Shown here in pieces: positions 29,881 to 38,687 of a stretch of DNA of 64,000 nt. The stretch is from positions 1 through 64,000 of the IMG/VR virus record IMGVR_UViG_3300046002_007411; one strand, 5' to 3'. A model generated the notes under the pieces. That model worked only from the letters and a program-made list of their open reading frames with translations. It was not told the origin of the DNA and did no database searches. The position numbers and the translations under genes are program-made. Origin of the DNA: a virus. Each line of letters begins with the position of its first letter. The stretch's first letter is position 1.

Positions 29881-29997
29881 CAAGATCAACTTTTTGCCTC
29901 TTGCTCTACCCTTGAGCTACCGCCCCATTTATGGGGGAGCGGATTGGATTCGAACCAATAACACCTAGGTTGATTTTTGATTTGCTGTAATGATCCT
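29881..29997 (-). ncRNA. CAGCAA stem-RNA unit A with circularly permuted tRNA-like module (YrlA/Y-RNA-like)
   Basis: AGGATCA-TTA-CAGCAA...T arm ATTGG-TTCGAAT-CCAAT, CCGCTCC-C-CCA, TAAAT, GGGGCGG, D arm TA-GCTC-AAGGGTA-GAGC...TGATCTT-G. Confidence 0.8.
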
Positions 29998-30022
29998 TTA
30001 GCCTCTTGGTAAGCTATTTCTA

Positions 30023-30250
30023 CTAGCTATTGTGTGCTTTGTCAAGCAGTTTTTGTTTAAAAACCACTGCGCACTGGGCATCACATAGGTTTACCTGATG
30101 CTCACGATTGTGATATAACCCGGCATTGTATTCATGCACTGTGTTGGGCTGTGCAGGGTTACCCAGACTGAAACACTGGATAACAGCATCCACTGGCTTG
30201 CCACATGCACCACAAGCTGTCCAAATGTCTTTTTGATCACGAATTTTCAT
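30023..30250 (-). CDS. small putative Zn-binding protein
   Basis: CGACG...C...C; start at 30250 overlaps the upstream gene end. Confidence 0.5.
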   Translation of the reverse strand: MKIRDQKDIWTACGACGKPVDAVIQCFSLGNPAQPNTVHEYNAGLYHNREHQVNLCDAQCAVVFKQKLLDKAHNS

Positions 30251-30692
30251 GCTGCCAAACTTCAACTTCCAGTGGATTATTGGTGCTGTTGACCACACGA
30301 CGAATTCCAAAAGCTGCAATCGCTCGTGTGCATCCTTCACAAGGATGAGCCGTGCCGCTGCACCAATGCGCTCGAGGACCTGCTCCGCTGCGCTTGACTC
30401 GGAACACAAACAAAGTGCATCGCGTGAGCAAATCTGCCGTGGTATGATTCAGGGCATTGCGGATGGCATCAATCTCGCTGTGCAGAAAAATAGCTTCGCT
30501 GTTCTTGCCAAAACGAGCTTGCAGCGGGTGCGTGCGAAACTGATTGATGCCAAAACTCACAATGTCATTTCGATGAACCAAGGCACTGGCAATTTTTGCT
30601 CCGCGAACCGGAGCAACATCTTGTGCCATGATCCTAAGCGTGTTGAGCACACGCTGATCACGTCGGCGGAGGTCGTGGACTTGCTTTATCAT
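30237..30692 (-). CDS. zinc-dependent nucleotide/nucleic-acid deaminase
   Basis: HSEIDA and PCEGC deaminase motifs. Confidence 0.85.
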   Translation of the reverse strand: MIKQVHDLRRRDQRVLNTLRIMAQDVAPVRGAKIASALVHRNDIVSFGINQFRTHPLQARFGKNSEAIFLHSEIDAIRNALNHTTADLLTRCTLFVFRVKRSGAGPRAHWCSGTAHPCEGCTRAIAAFGIRRVVNSTNNPLEVEVWQHENS

Positions 30693-30726
30693 GTCCTGAT
30701 AATAGCATGATTCCACCACATGTCAA

Positions 30727-31011
30727 TCAGCAAAATGTCAATCTAAACAACATGGCTTCCTGGGCATCTTGGAACCACAAACATGCAGTTTGTTTATCAA
30801 ACAGATATTCGTGATGTATGTTCGCTTGCATCCATGCACGCTGATCGTGGCTCAAGCTGGCTAAAAATGCTTGGTCGGAAAGATGTCGAGGGCCGGAAGT
30901 TCGCTGCAACCAGGTGAAAATAAAATCCCAAAAATACCGGTGATACCACGGGTCAGGAACAGCAACTGATGTCCAGTTACTGGGTACGGGATTTTCGCCA
31001 AGGGAACCCAT
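30727..31011 (-). CDS. hypothetical protein (start uncertain)
   Basis: ORF with WF.D..EA.LFRL.F C-terminus common in large-phage small proteins. Confidence 0.45.
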   Translation of the reverse strand: MGSLGENPVPSNWTSVAVPDPWYHRYFWDFIFTWLQRTSGPRHLSDQAFLASLSHDQRAWMQANIHHEYLFDKQTACLWFQDAQEAMLFRLTFC

Positions 31012-31708
31012 GGGGATATTTTTCCTGCTGAAGTTTGTTTCCATTTTGGAAAAAATCCCAGTTGACACTTTGGGCATTCCCGCCTAGTCGGTAGTTGACA
31101 GTGGAGAACCCCGTGCAGGCAAAGCTGCGCCAGTTTTGGCTCACAGCCGTGTAGAACTTGCGATCTTCACCCCACAGTTGCACCCAAGAGGCTGAAGCTT
31201 GTTGGGCAACATCACGTGGCACACAATAGCAGCTGGTATCAACCATGTGGTGTTGCTGTTTAGCAGTGCTGAAATAAATTGGCCAGCGTCCTAGACTTTC
31301 ACAGTCATCGGGACCTAGAACTTCTCCGCTGGGGCTGGCAATTTGCCTAAGGCTGTAACACCATTTGACTCCACGACCAATTACGGTCATGCAATCTTGC
31401 ACATGTTGTGGTTCAAACCAGTTGTCTTCGTCCAAGTAGCAAATATAATCTGCAGGAATCCACATGCCAGCTGATGCATATACGAACTGGCCGTTTCGTC
31501 CGCCACCACCAGTGTTCCAAGGCAGTGTAAACACAGTTATGCCATCAACACCTTTTAGTTGTTCACGCACAGCTGGTTCGGCTTGCGGTCCATCAACTAC
31601 CACAACACACTCAGTGTGGTATGTTTGTTGTTTGACACTTGCAACTGCTTGTGCAAGTGTGGATCTGCCCGTGCTGGGTATAACTGTGAATACTTTTGGT
31701 GTTTGCAT
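30977..31708 (-). CDS. glycosyltransferase family 2
   Basis: VIPSTGR, VVVDG, YLDEDNWF. Confidence 0.85.
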   Translation of the reverse strand: MQTPKVFTVIPSTGRSTLAQAVASVKQQTYHTECVVVVDGPQAEPAVREQLKGVDGITVFTLPWNTGGGGRNGQFVYASAGMWIPADYICYLDEDNWFEPQHVQDCMTVIGRGVKWCYSLRQIASPSGEVLGPDDCESLGRWPIYFSTAKQQHHMVDTSCYCVPRDVAQQASASWVQLWGEDRKFYTAVSQNWRSFACTGFSTVNYRLGGNAQSVNWDFFQNGNKLQQEKYPHGFPWRKSRTQ

Positions 31709-31718
31709 AACCACAAGT

Positions 31719-32708
31719 TTATGTTTTTGGCACCAAGGTGTCTAATTTTCCACCTAGCAAATGGATCTTGTGTCCATGTTTTTGAATAGTCAAGGTTTTC
31801 AAACTCAACTCTGTGCGGCTGTCGCTTGTTGCTGCCAGCAACCCGCGTGCAAAGTTTTCAATATGACCCACACTGTAACCATATTGATTGGTTTGATCCA
31901 ACACACGCAAGAGTAGATTCTTAATCCTCAAATAGCCCAAATCACGCAGTTTTGGCCAACTCCAAGTCACAGCGTCAATAGTCACAGTTTGTAGATCTTG
32001 ATCAGCTAGGCAGTTTACCAGATCCCAAGCTTCACCAAGATGGTGAATACTGCGCAGGGCATTGACATCAGCAATGTCAAATCTTTGCAACACAGTGGGC
32101 CAGATAACTCCGCGAATGTAGTTGCGATCATAAGTTGTATCTTGGTTGCTGGGATCGTGACACCAAGAAATATCATGATGTCGATTATAGTCCATGATTT
32201 GCTCGCGTGTGACATTTAGCAGCGGGCGCACTACCTGCTTGTGAGGATCAAACCAACAGCTGGCTTGCGCCGTCATGGCTTTCAATCCCTTGATGCCACT
32301 GCCGCGAAAAATCCTCAGCAGAAAGTTTTCAATTTGATCGTTGGCATGATGTGCTGTGATAATGCAATCGATATCTTGCTGACAAAATGCTTGATATCTA
32401 GCACGGCGGGCTGCATGCTCAAGATTGCCTTGCAGTTGGTTTTTCTCAAGGGCAACCACTACATGTTCAAATCCCCAAGCTTGTGATGCCTGTTGCACTT
32501 GCTGTGCCCATTGTGCGCTGGCACCCATGATGTTGTGATTGACATGCACAACCAAAAACTCAGTTGTAAACTTGTCGCGATGTTGCGCAAACCAATGCAG
32601 CAGCATCATGCTGTCTGCTCCCCCACTTACTGCTATGACAGCTCGCTGGCTGTGTTGGAGAAGTTCTTGCACATCAGAGATTTTCACAAGCTGTGGCATG
32701 TATGTCAT
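31719..32708 (-). CDS. tilS: tRNA(Ile)-lysidine synthetase
   Basis: AVSGGADS, HVNH, EHAARRARY, TAHHANDQ.E, RPLL, DPSN...YDRNYIR. Confidence 0.95.
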   Translation of the reverse strand: MTYMPQLVKISDVQELLQHSQRAVIAVSGGADSMMLLHWFAQHRDKFTTEFLVVHVNHNIMGASAQWAQQVQQASQAWGFEHVVVALEKNQLQGNLEHAARRARYQAFCQQDIDCIITAHHANDQIENFLLRIFRGSGIKGLKAMTAQASCWFDPHKQVVRPLLNVTREQIMDYNRHHDISWCHDPSNQDTTYDRNYIRGVIWPTVLQRFDIADVNALRSIHHLGEAWDLVNCLADQDLQTVTIDAVTWSWPKLRDLGYLRIKNLLLRVLDQTNQYGYSVGHIENFARGLLAATSDSRTELSLKTLTIQKHGHKIHLLGGKLDTLVPKT

Positions 32709-32747
32709 ACCCTGAACATACATGCACCTAGCTCAGTTGTCAATGTG

Positions 32748-33209
32748 TTATTGACTCTGTTCGCCTTGCTTGAGAAACTTCCGTAGAATTTCCGCCGCTT
32801 GGTCGTTGCTCAGGGCAGCGGTTAAACCAGGATGCTGCGGTTCAGGAACTTCATCTATCGAGCACCAGCGAAACTCACTTATTTCCCAGTTGGGCTTACA
32901 GGAGAATTCCAAATCCACAGCACAAGCCAACAGCATGTATTGACTTTTTGGCCAAGCCACACGCTGTTGCCAGATTTTAACATGAGGCCAAGCTGCAATA
33001 TCTTGCCCTATTTCTTCTTGGCATTCACGTGATGCAGTTTGCCAGGAAGTTTCACCGGGCTCACTGAAACCTCCGGGCACACTCCAAGTGCCTGGATGGT
33101 TTACAAAATCGCTGCGCTTGACAAACAAAAATCTATTTGTGTCTTCTGCATGTATCAACACACCAGCTGCACGACGCGGGGGTTCACCAGTTATTTCTTC
33201 CGTCAACAT
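32748..33209 (-). CDS. Nudix hydrolase
   Basis: GGFSEPGE...TASRECQEEIG Nudix box. Confidence 0.9.
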   Translation of the reverse strand: MLTEEITGEPPRRAAGVLIHAEDTNRFLFVKRSDFVNHPGTWSVPGGFSEPGETSWQTASRECQEEIGQDIAAWPHVKIWQQRVAWPKSQYMLLACAVDLEFSCKPNWEISEFRWCSIDEVPEPQHPGLTAALSNDQAAEILRKFLKQGEQSQ

Positions 33210-33212
33210 GAG

Positions 33213-34571
33213 TTATTTATGAACAAGTTTAAGTTTTTTCAGTGCTGTGACTTCCTGTCGATATTGCTTTCGCAATGCAGCGGGACTTGCCAACATTGCT
33301 TGATACTGTGCAAGCAGCTTTTCCTGTTCGGCGATTTTGTCTAATGTGTCTTGGTATTGATCTTGTGCCCACCGATAGCTGGGAAGTTGTGTGATGCGGT
33401 CAATTTGATCAGCATCAATAGGCAGCTTGCTGGTGATTTTTTGCACCCGTTCCGCAATAGCCTGCTTGTTGGCAGCTTGTGGCAAAAATACCGGTAGTTT
33501 TTGATCGTAACATAGCTTGAGGGCTTGATACCAAGTCAAATCGCGTTGTGCTTGTTCAATAAGTTTTAGATATCGCTTGGTGTACCAAGTCAAACGCCAT
33601 TCCACAAATGCCTGCACAAGTTCTCCTGAGTTGGCAAACTGACGAATACTGGTGTTATTGAAGTCCAAGACTACCAAACGTTGCGTGCTTTTGCTGCGCA
33701 GTTTGAGAAAGTTCACAGCCTGTTCTTGTGTCCAAGATTCCATGCTGCCACGCTTCATGCGTATCTCAATGTTAATAGTTTTTGTGCTGCGATCAGTGTA
33801 ACTGTGGATGAGATCGTCGTCTTCCATTTGATTCAGCCTAGCACGAAACTTCTCCAAGCTGAGATCTGGTGGCAGCTCAGTTACTTTCAACAAAGTGGAA
33901 CTCACGATATCCACTTGGCCTTGGAACTCATAGCCGTTGCCGCCGAGATCACGAACATTTACTTGTAGAAAATCATAACTGGGAATCAAGACTGGCAGAG
34001 GTTTTTGATCAATAGCTGCAACAACTGCGTCAATCAGGGACTCCAAACTATGAGGCAAAATATCAGTGCTCCAGCCCACAGCAATGCCACTTACACCATT
34101 CAACAGCACAAGTGGAATCAAAGGCAAAAAGTTCACAGGTTCCAAAACTGATCCATCATAGTTGGGCTTTTGAGGAACAAGATCCAAATCGCTGTAAAGC
34201 AGGGCTTGTGCAACTGCATGACGTTTGACATAAGTGTATCGCGGAGCACCCCAACTGTCGGGACCCACTCGTGTGCCAAATGCACCAATGCCTTCCAGCA
34301 AAGGCACATTGTTGAGATAGGGCGCAGCTAGGCGACTGATTGTTTCTGCTGCTGATGTGTCTCCGTGAACGAAAAAACCCTCTTGAATTACCTGGCCGGC
34401 AAGGCTGATGGTCTTGACCTTTTCAGATCGTGTGCGCATGAGCCACAGCATTTTGCGCTGGCCGTCTTTTAATCCATCACATACACTGGGAATGGCACGG
34501 TTTTGTGCTGTGTAGATGGCGTATTCTCTGCTACTGGTATTGATAAAATCACTGGTTGTAGTTGTGCTCAT
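33213..34571 (-). CDS. type IIA DNA topoisomerase, cleavage subunit (T4 gp52-like)
   Basis: RAIPS..DGLK.GQRK, HGD.S, APRYT catalytic Tyr, NGVSGIAVGW. Confidence 0.95.
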   Translation of the reverse strand: MSTTTTSDFINTSSREYAIYTAQNRAIPSVCDGLKDGQRKMLWLMRTRSEKVKTISLAGQVIQEGFFVHGDTSAAETISRLAAPYLNNVPLLEGIGAFGTRVGPDSWGAPRYTYVKRHAVAQALLYSDLDLVPQKPNYDGSVLEPVNFLPLIPLVLLNGVSGIAVGWSTDILPHSLESLIDAVVAAIDQKPLPVLIPSYDFLQVNVRDLGGNGYEFQGQVDIVSSTLLKVTELPPDLSLEKFRARLNQMEDDDLIHSYTDRSTKTINIEIRMKRGSMESWTQEQAVNFLKLRSKSTQRLVVLDFNNTSIRQFANSGELVQAFVEWRLTWYTKRYLKLIEQAQRDLTWYQALKLCYDQKLPVFLPQAANKQAIAERVQKITSKLPIDADQIDRITQLPSYRWAQDQYQDTLDKIAEQEKLLAQYQAMLASPAALRKQYRQEVTALKKLKLVHK

Positions 34572-34572
34572 T

Positions 34573-36456
34573 TTAAATACTCATCCAAGCTTTGCGTTGA
34601 TCGGCTTTTTTGTCATTAAAAAGCAAGTCTAGAAGTTCTGCTAGTTTACCATCATCTTGCAAGGCAATCAATCTAGGTTTATTCAAACTGTTGTTCCAAT
34701 CTTGTTCTTCCAAACTGCCCAAGCCCTTGGCTCTTGTGGGTTTGGGACAGCCCTGCCAATCTTGTGCTTGATAGTTCAACCAATCATCGCTATACCAATA
34801 GTGCCGGTTTTTCTTCTTGTCTTCTTGAATAATAAACGGCGTGCTGAATACTTGGAAAAATGCCGGCTTCTGTGGATCAAACAGTGATGGCCAATACACA
34901 TGGAAAAAGTTCACTAACAGCGCCATGATGTTAGCACCGTCGGTGTCAGCATCACACGTGATCCAAACTTGTCCATATCGCAAGTCCTCGCGCCGTGGCT
35001 GTTGACCCAGTGTCAAACCAATGCTGCTCATGATATCTTGCAAAATGGCATTGTCTAGAACTGTTTTGTTGCTTTCTCCACGCACATTGAGGATTTTACC
35101 TCGTAAAGGCAAGCCACCGTGTATTTCGGGATTTCTCACAGCAGCTACAGAACTAACAGCCGAGTCGCCTTCCGTTAGCATCAAAATACATTTGGTGCGA
35201 TCTTTGCCAGTTGCATCCATGAGCTTGGGCACTTTGGTGCGGAGAACCTTGCGTGCCAGCTTGGCAACATCTGCATCGTCTTTTTTCTGTGTTCTAGCTG
35301 CGCAGCGTGCGTAGATGCTGTCGATCCATGTGCTGTTGTCACGAATGATTTTTTTCCAAGTCTTTTCATCCTCACATGCAGCACGAATCCAAGCATCTAC
35401 TTCTTCATTAATCAGTCGAGTTTTGCTTTGACTGTCAAAGTCCGGCCGATTCATTTTAGTGATGTTGTAGATTAAAAGTCCTTCTAAAATATCACTCCTG
35501 TTGGGAACAAGAGATCTGCGCCGACTTTCTTTTGCTAGAGCTTGCAGTAGATTGCTGACAAAGTGCTTGCGAAAACTGTCGATATGGCTGCCACCGTTAA
35601 ACACTGGTATGTTGTTGACCATGCTGTGTGCATGATCGCCCTGCGCAGTGAAGTTGGGAACAATCACAAACTGACTGCGAAAGCCTGCAGATTCCGTTTC
35701 AGCTAGAATGCTGAATGTTTCGCGATTGCCAAACAACCCCCGCTCGACATTTTTAACTTTCACAGCATCACCGTTGAATGTGAACTTCACAGCAGGGTTG
35801 GCAGCAGCAAGTTCCACTACACGATTGCGCACAAACTCCAAGGGCAGTTCGCAGCAAGCAAACACTCGCTTGCTGAGTTTCCAACTAACACCAGTGCCTG
35901 TGCGACCTTGTTTACGAGTTATTTTGGGATCACTTATTTGCAGTGCATCTCCAAATATTTCACTGCCTTCACTGAAGTTTTGTTGAAACCGCTGGCCGTC
36001 TCGTGTAATATCAACTCGAAACCATTCACTGCAAAAGTTTACGCCACTGGCCCCAATACCATTCATGCCTGCTGTGTTGGTACGCTCGTCAAAGTTTCGG
36101 CCACTCATGAGTTCACTTAGTGCCAGCGTGGCTTTATGGCATTTGTGTTCAGGGTCCCAATCAATGGGAATGCCTCGGCCATCATCGCTTACGGAGAACG
36201 TCAGTTGTTGCGGATCATAGGTAATGTCAATGCGACTGCCATGCCCGTGCGCAACTACTTCATCCAAGGCATTCTCCCAAATTTCTCTAAGGGTGCTGAA
36301 CACTGCTGGTACCCATGTGTAGTCTTTGACACACGGGCAATCTGCTGAATAGTTGATAACAGGTTGAGTGTGAGCAGTAGTTTGGCCATAATACATCGAT
36401 GTGCGTAGTCGCACGTGAGCATACGGGGTGAGCTTCTTAATATCATCTTGGGGCAT
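34573..36456 (-). CDS. type IIA DNA topoisomerase, ATPase/TOPRIM subunit (gp39+60-like)
   Basis: ENALDE, DDGRGIP, GMNGIGA, TEGDSA, PLRGKILN, DADTDG, KGLGS. Confidence 0.95.
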   Translation of the reverse strand: MPQDDIKKLTPYAHVRLRTSMYYGQTTAHTQPVINYSADCPCVKDYTWVPAVFSTLREIWENALDEVVAHGHGSRIDITYDPQQLTFSVSDDGRGIPIDWDPEHKCHKATLALSELMSGRNFDERTNTAGMNGIGASGVNFCSEWFRVDITRDGQRFQQNFSEGSEIFGDALQISDPKITRKQGRTGTGVSWKLSKRVFACCELPLEFVRNRVVELAAANPAVKFTFNGDAVKVKNVERGLFGNRETFSILAETESAGFRSQFVIVPNFTAQGDHAHSMVNNIPVFNGGSHIDSFRKHFVSNLLQALAKESRRRSLVPNRSDILEGLLIYNITKMNRPDFDSQSKTRLINEEVDAWIRAACEDEKTWKKIIRDNSTWIDSIYARCAARTQKKDDADVAKLARKVLRTKVPKLMDATGKDRTKCILMLTEGDSAVSSVAAVRNPEIHGGLPLRGKILNVRGESNKTVLDNAILQDIMSSIGLTLGQQPRREDLRYGQVWITCDADTDGANIMALLVNFFHVYWPSLFDPQKPAFFQVFSTPFIIQEDKKKNRHYWYSDDWLNYQAQDWQGCPKPTRAKGLGSLEEQDWNNSLNKPRLIALQDDGKLAELLDLLFNDKKADQRKAWMSI

Positions 36457-36578
36457 GAGATCTCCTTAATGCATTGATTATAGCAGTGTGGGTTGCGAAG
36501 ATCAAGTGCTAAATACATGTGCCGATCGCGATGTTGACCGCATCCACCGGCTCTATAACTGAATAGGAGTTACAGCAC

Positions 36579-37553
36579 ATGGGTATTTACACGCATACCA
36601 AGTCTCTGTCTACAAGATGGCAGAAATTTCTCAATCAAGTTCACAAAAAATTTGACAACAGGTTCGACTATAGTAACTCAAAATATATTAATGCCAATAC
36701 CCCAATAACCATTTTGTGTCCTGATCATGGTCCATTTGAAATGATACCTTGGGTCCATTCTGCATCAACTACTGGGTGCCCTGCATGTAGTCAAAGCAAT
36801 TTCACAGGTTCTCGGCGTTTTACTAAGGAATCATATATAAGGCGTTGTGAAACTGTTCATGGAAACAAATTTAATTATGATAATTCTGAATATAATAATA
36901 TGAAATCTGAGTTGGTTATTACATGTCCAACACATGGCATCTTCAAGATGATAGCTTGGCTACATTTAAAGAGCAAACATGGATGCCCATCTTGTGGCAA
37001 TGAAGCTATAGGAAGAGCTCTATCATTCACCAAAGAGAAATTTATACTTGAAGCCCAAAAAGTTCACGGAGACAAATTTAATTACTCTAAAGTGGAAATG
37101 TACAATAACACAAATAAGGTTATCATCATTTGCCGTAAGCATGGTGAATTTAAACAGCTAGCTCAAAGCCATTTAGGTGGCGTTGGATGCCCTAAATGTG
37201 CAAGTAGTAAAGGGGAAGACGCTATTAGAGCTTTCCTAGATGCAAATAACATAAGATATATAGCACAACACAAATTTCCAGATTGCAAGAGAGTGAGATG
37301 CTTGAAGTTTGATTTTTACTTGCCTGATTACCACATTTGCATTGAATATGATGGAGAAGGTCATTTCAGACCCATTAAAATAAAGGATCAGGACAGGGGC
37401 AAATTACTATTGAAGTATGCGCAAGAGAATGACCAAATAAAAACCAGTTATTGTAAGATAAAAGGTATTCCCCTGTTAAGAATAGATTATTCTAAAAAGA
37501 ATCAAATAGCAGAAATACTAACAGAATCGTTACAGTTAGTTTTGAATAAATGA
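36579..37553 (+). mobile_element. freestanding homing-endonuclease-like gene (three Zn-ribbon repeats + Vsr/PD-(D/E)XK-type nuclease)
   Basis: Repeats of F.YS...Y......I.C..HG.F.....H....GCP.C; FDFYLP...IEYDG..HF; AT-rich, opposite strand to neighbours. Confidence 0.8.
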
Positions 37554-37587
37554 GTATTGGTATTACCTGTCAGTCTTAATAGAAAAT

Positions 37588-37612
37588 CCTAGAGCCTTGC
37601 AAGACTCTAGGT
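37588..37612. terminator. hairpin between convergent genes
   Basis: cctagagcctt-gc-aagactctagg. Confidence 0.5.
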
Positions 37613-37639
37613 TGGGGATTACCAGTTTCCTGGAGGAGT

Positions 37640-38350
37640 TTATTTTCTATCACCAATTAGGTTCATTAAGTGAACAAAAATATTGATGAAATCAAGGTAA
37701 AGAGTAAGTGCTCCAAAAATACTGCTTTTGGCAGCGCTGTCAAAACCATAAACTGCACCTTGACTCATGTATTCTTCTTTTAGTTGCTGGCTATCATAAG
37801 CCGTTAGTCCTGTGAATACCAACACTGCAATGCAACTGATCACAAAACTCATGAGACTGCTTTGCAAGAAGATATTCACAATACCCGCGATAAAGATACC
37901 CACAGCACCCATGATTAAAAAACTACCCATGCTAGTTAAATCCCTTTGAGTAGTGTAACCATAAATGCTGGCTGCGGCAAATGTTGCTGCACTGATAAAG
38001 AACACCTTGGCAATACTAGTTGTAGTGTAAAGCACAAATATTGTGCTTAAACTAATGCCCATGGACACAGCAAAAAGATAAAATACCGCTGTTGCCATGG
38101 GCACGCTGAACTTGTCAATACCAAAACTTAGCACCAAAATAAATGCCAATGGCAAAAGTGCCATGACAATCCACAGGGGTGTTTGCATCATGGGCAAGAG
38201 AGCCCAGCTGGCCCAATACGCCACAGCCCCTGTTACTGCAAGAGCCATGGTCATTTTGTTATAAATGCTTACAAGATAAGTCTTTAATCCCTGATCTATT
38301 TGTTCTTGTGTGGCATCAGGGTTGGCTGTTGCGAATGAATTAGGTTCCAT
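37640..38350 (-). CDS. Bax inhibitor-1 / YccA family membrane protein
   Basis: Multiple TM helices; YGYTT.RDL..MGSFL, LTAYDSQ, GALTLYLDFINIF. Confidence 0.93.
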   Translation of the reverse strand: MEPNSFATANPDATQEQIDQGLKTYLVSIYNKMTMALAVTGAVAYWASWALLPMMQTPLWIVMALLPLAFILVLSFGIDKFSVPMATAVFYLFAVSMGISLSTIFVLYTTTSIAKVFFISAATFAAASIYGYTTQRDLTSMGSFLIMGAVGIFIAGIVNIFLQSSLMSFVISCIAVLVFTGLTAYDSQQLKEEYMSQGAVYGFDSAAKSSIFGALTLYLDFINIFVHLMNLIGDRK

Positions 38351-38359
38351 GTTTTCCTT

Positions 38360-38602
38360 TTAATGCTTGCGACTTACAAAGTCATTTAACTGTTGAGCTA
38401 GTGCAATAATCTGATGACCTGATGGAAGTGGATTAGCAGTGGGATAAGGAACTTCCATGCTGGATTCTCGTCGACGTTCAATCTCACAAAGCTGATAATA
38501 GGTTTGTTCAGCAGCTTGACGCTTGCAGTTCCATTCCTCCATTAGCATGTCTTTTGCCATGTTAATCAAGTCATAACGTATTTTGTAACCGTTGTGTTCC
38601 AT
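38360..38602 (-). CDS. conserved phage hypothetical protein
   Basis: GY.IR.DL..MAKD...P....II..A..L..FVS pattern; GGAG SD. Confidence 0.7.
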   Translation of the reverse strand: MEHNGYKIRYDLINMAKDMLMEEWNCKRQAAEQTYYQLCEIERRRESSMEVPYPTANPLPSGHQIIALAQQLNDFVSRKH

Positions 38603-38687
38603 GTTAGTCTCCTGTGTGTGTTTGTGGGTCCATTTTGGTTACTGGGCTGGACCCCTACCTATTGTATATACAAGACAGCTAATATTG

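Noticed and set aside
29737-29961. 74-aa plus-strand ORF
   Set aside because: Antisense to the RNA array; TTG start, no RBS or motifs.
29881-29997. Canonical tRNA or two-piece (permuted) tmRNA gene
   Set aside because: The halves are in reverse order with no anticodon loop. A full D arm and no tag reading frame argue against tmRNA despite the Ala-type acceptor.
29626-29997. CRISPR array
   Set aside because: Repeats are short and non-identical with irregular spacing, conserved in structure rather than sequence; no cas genes in the window.
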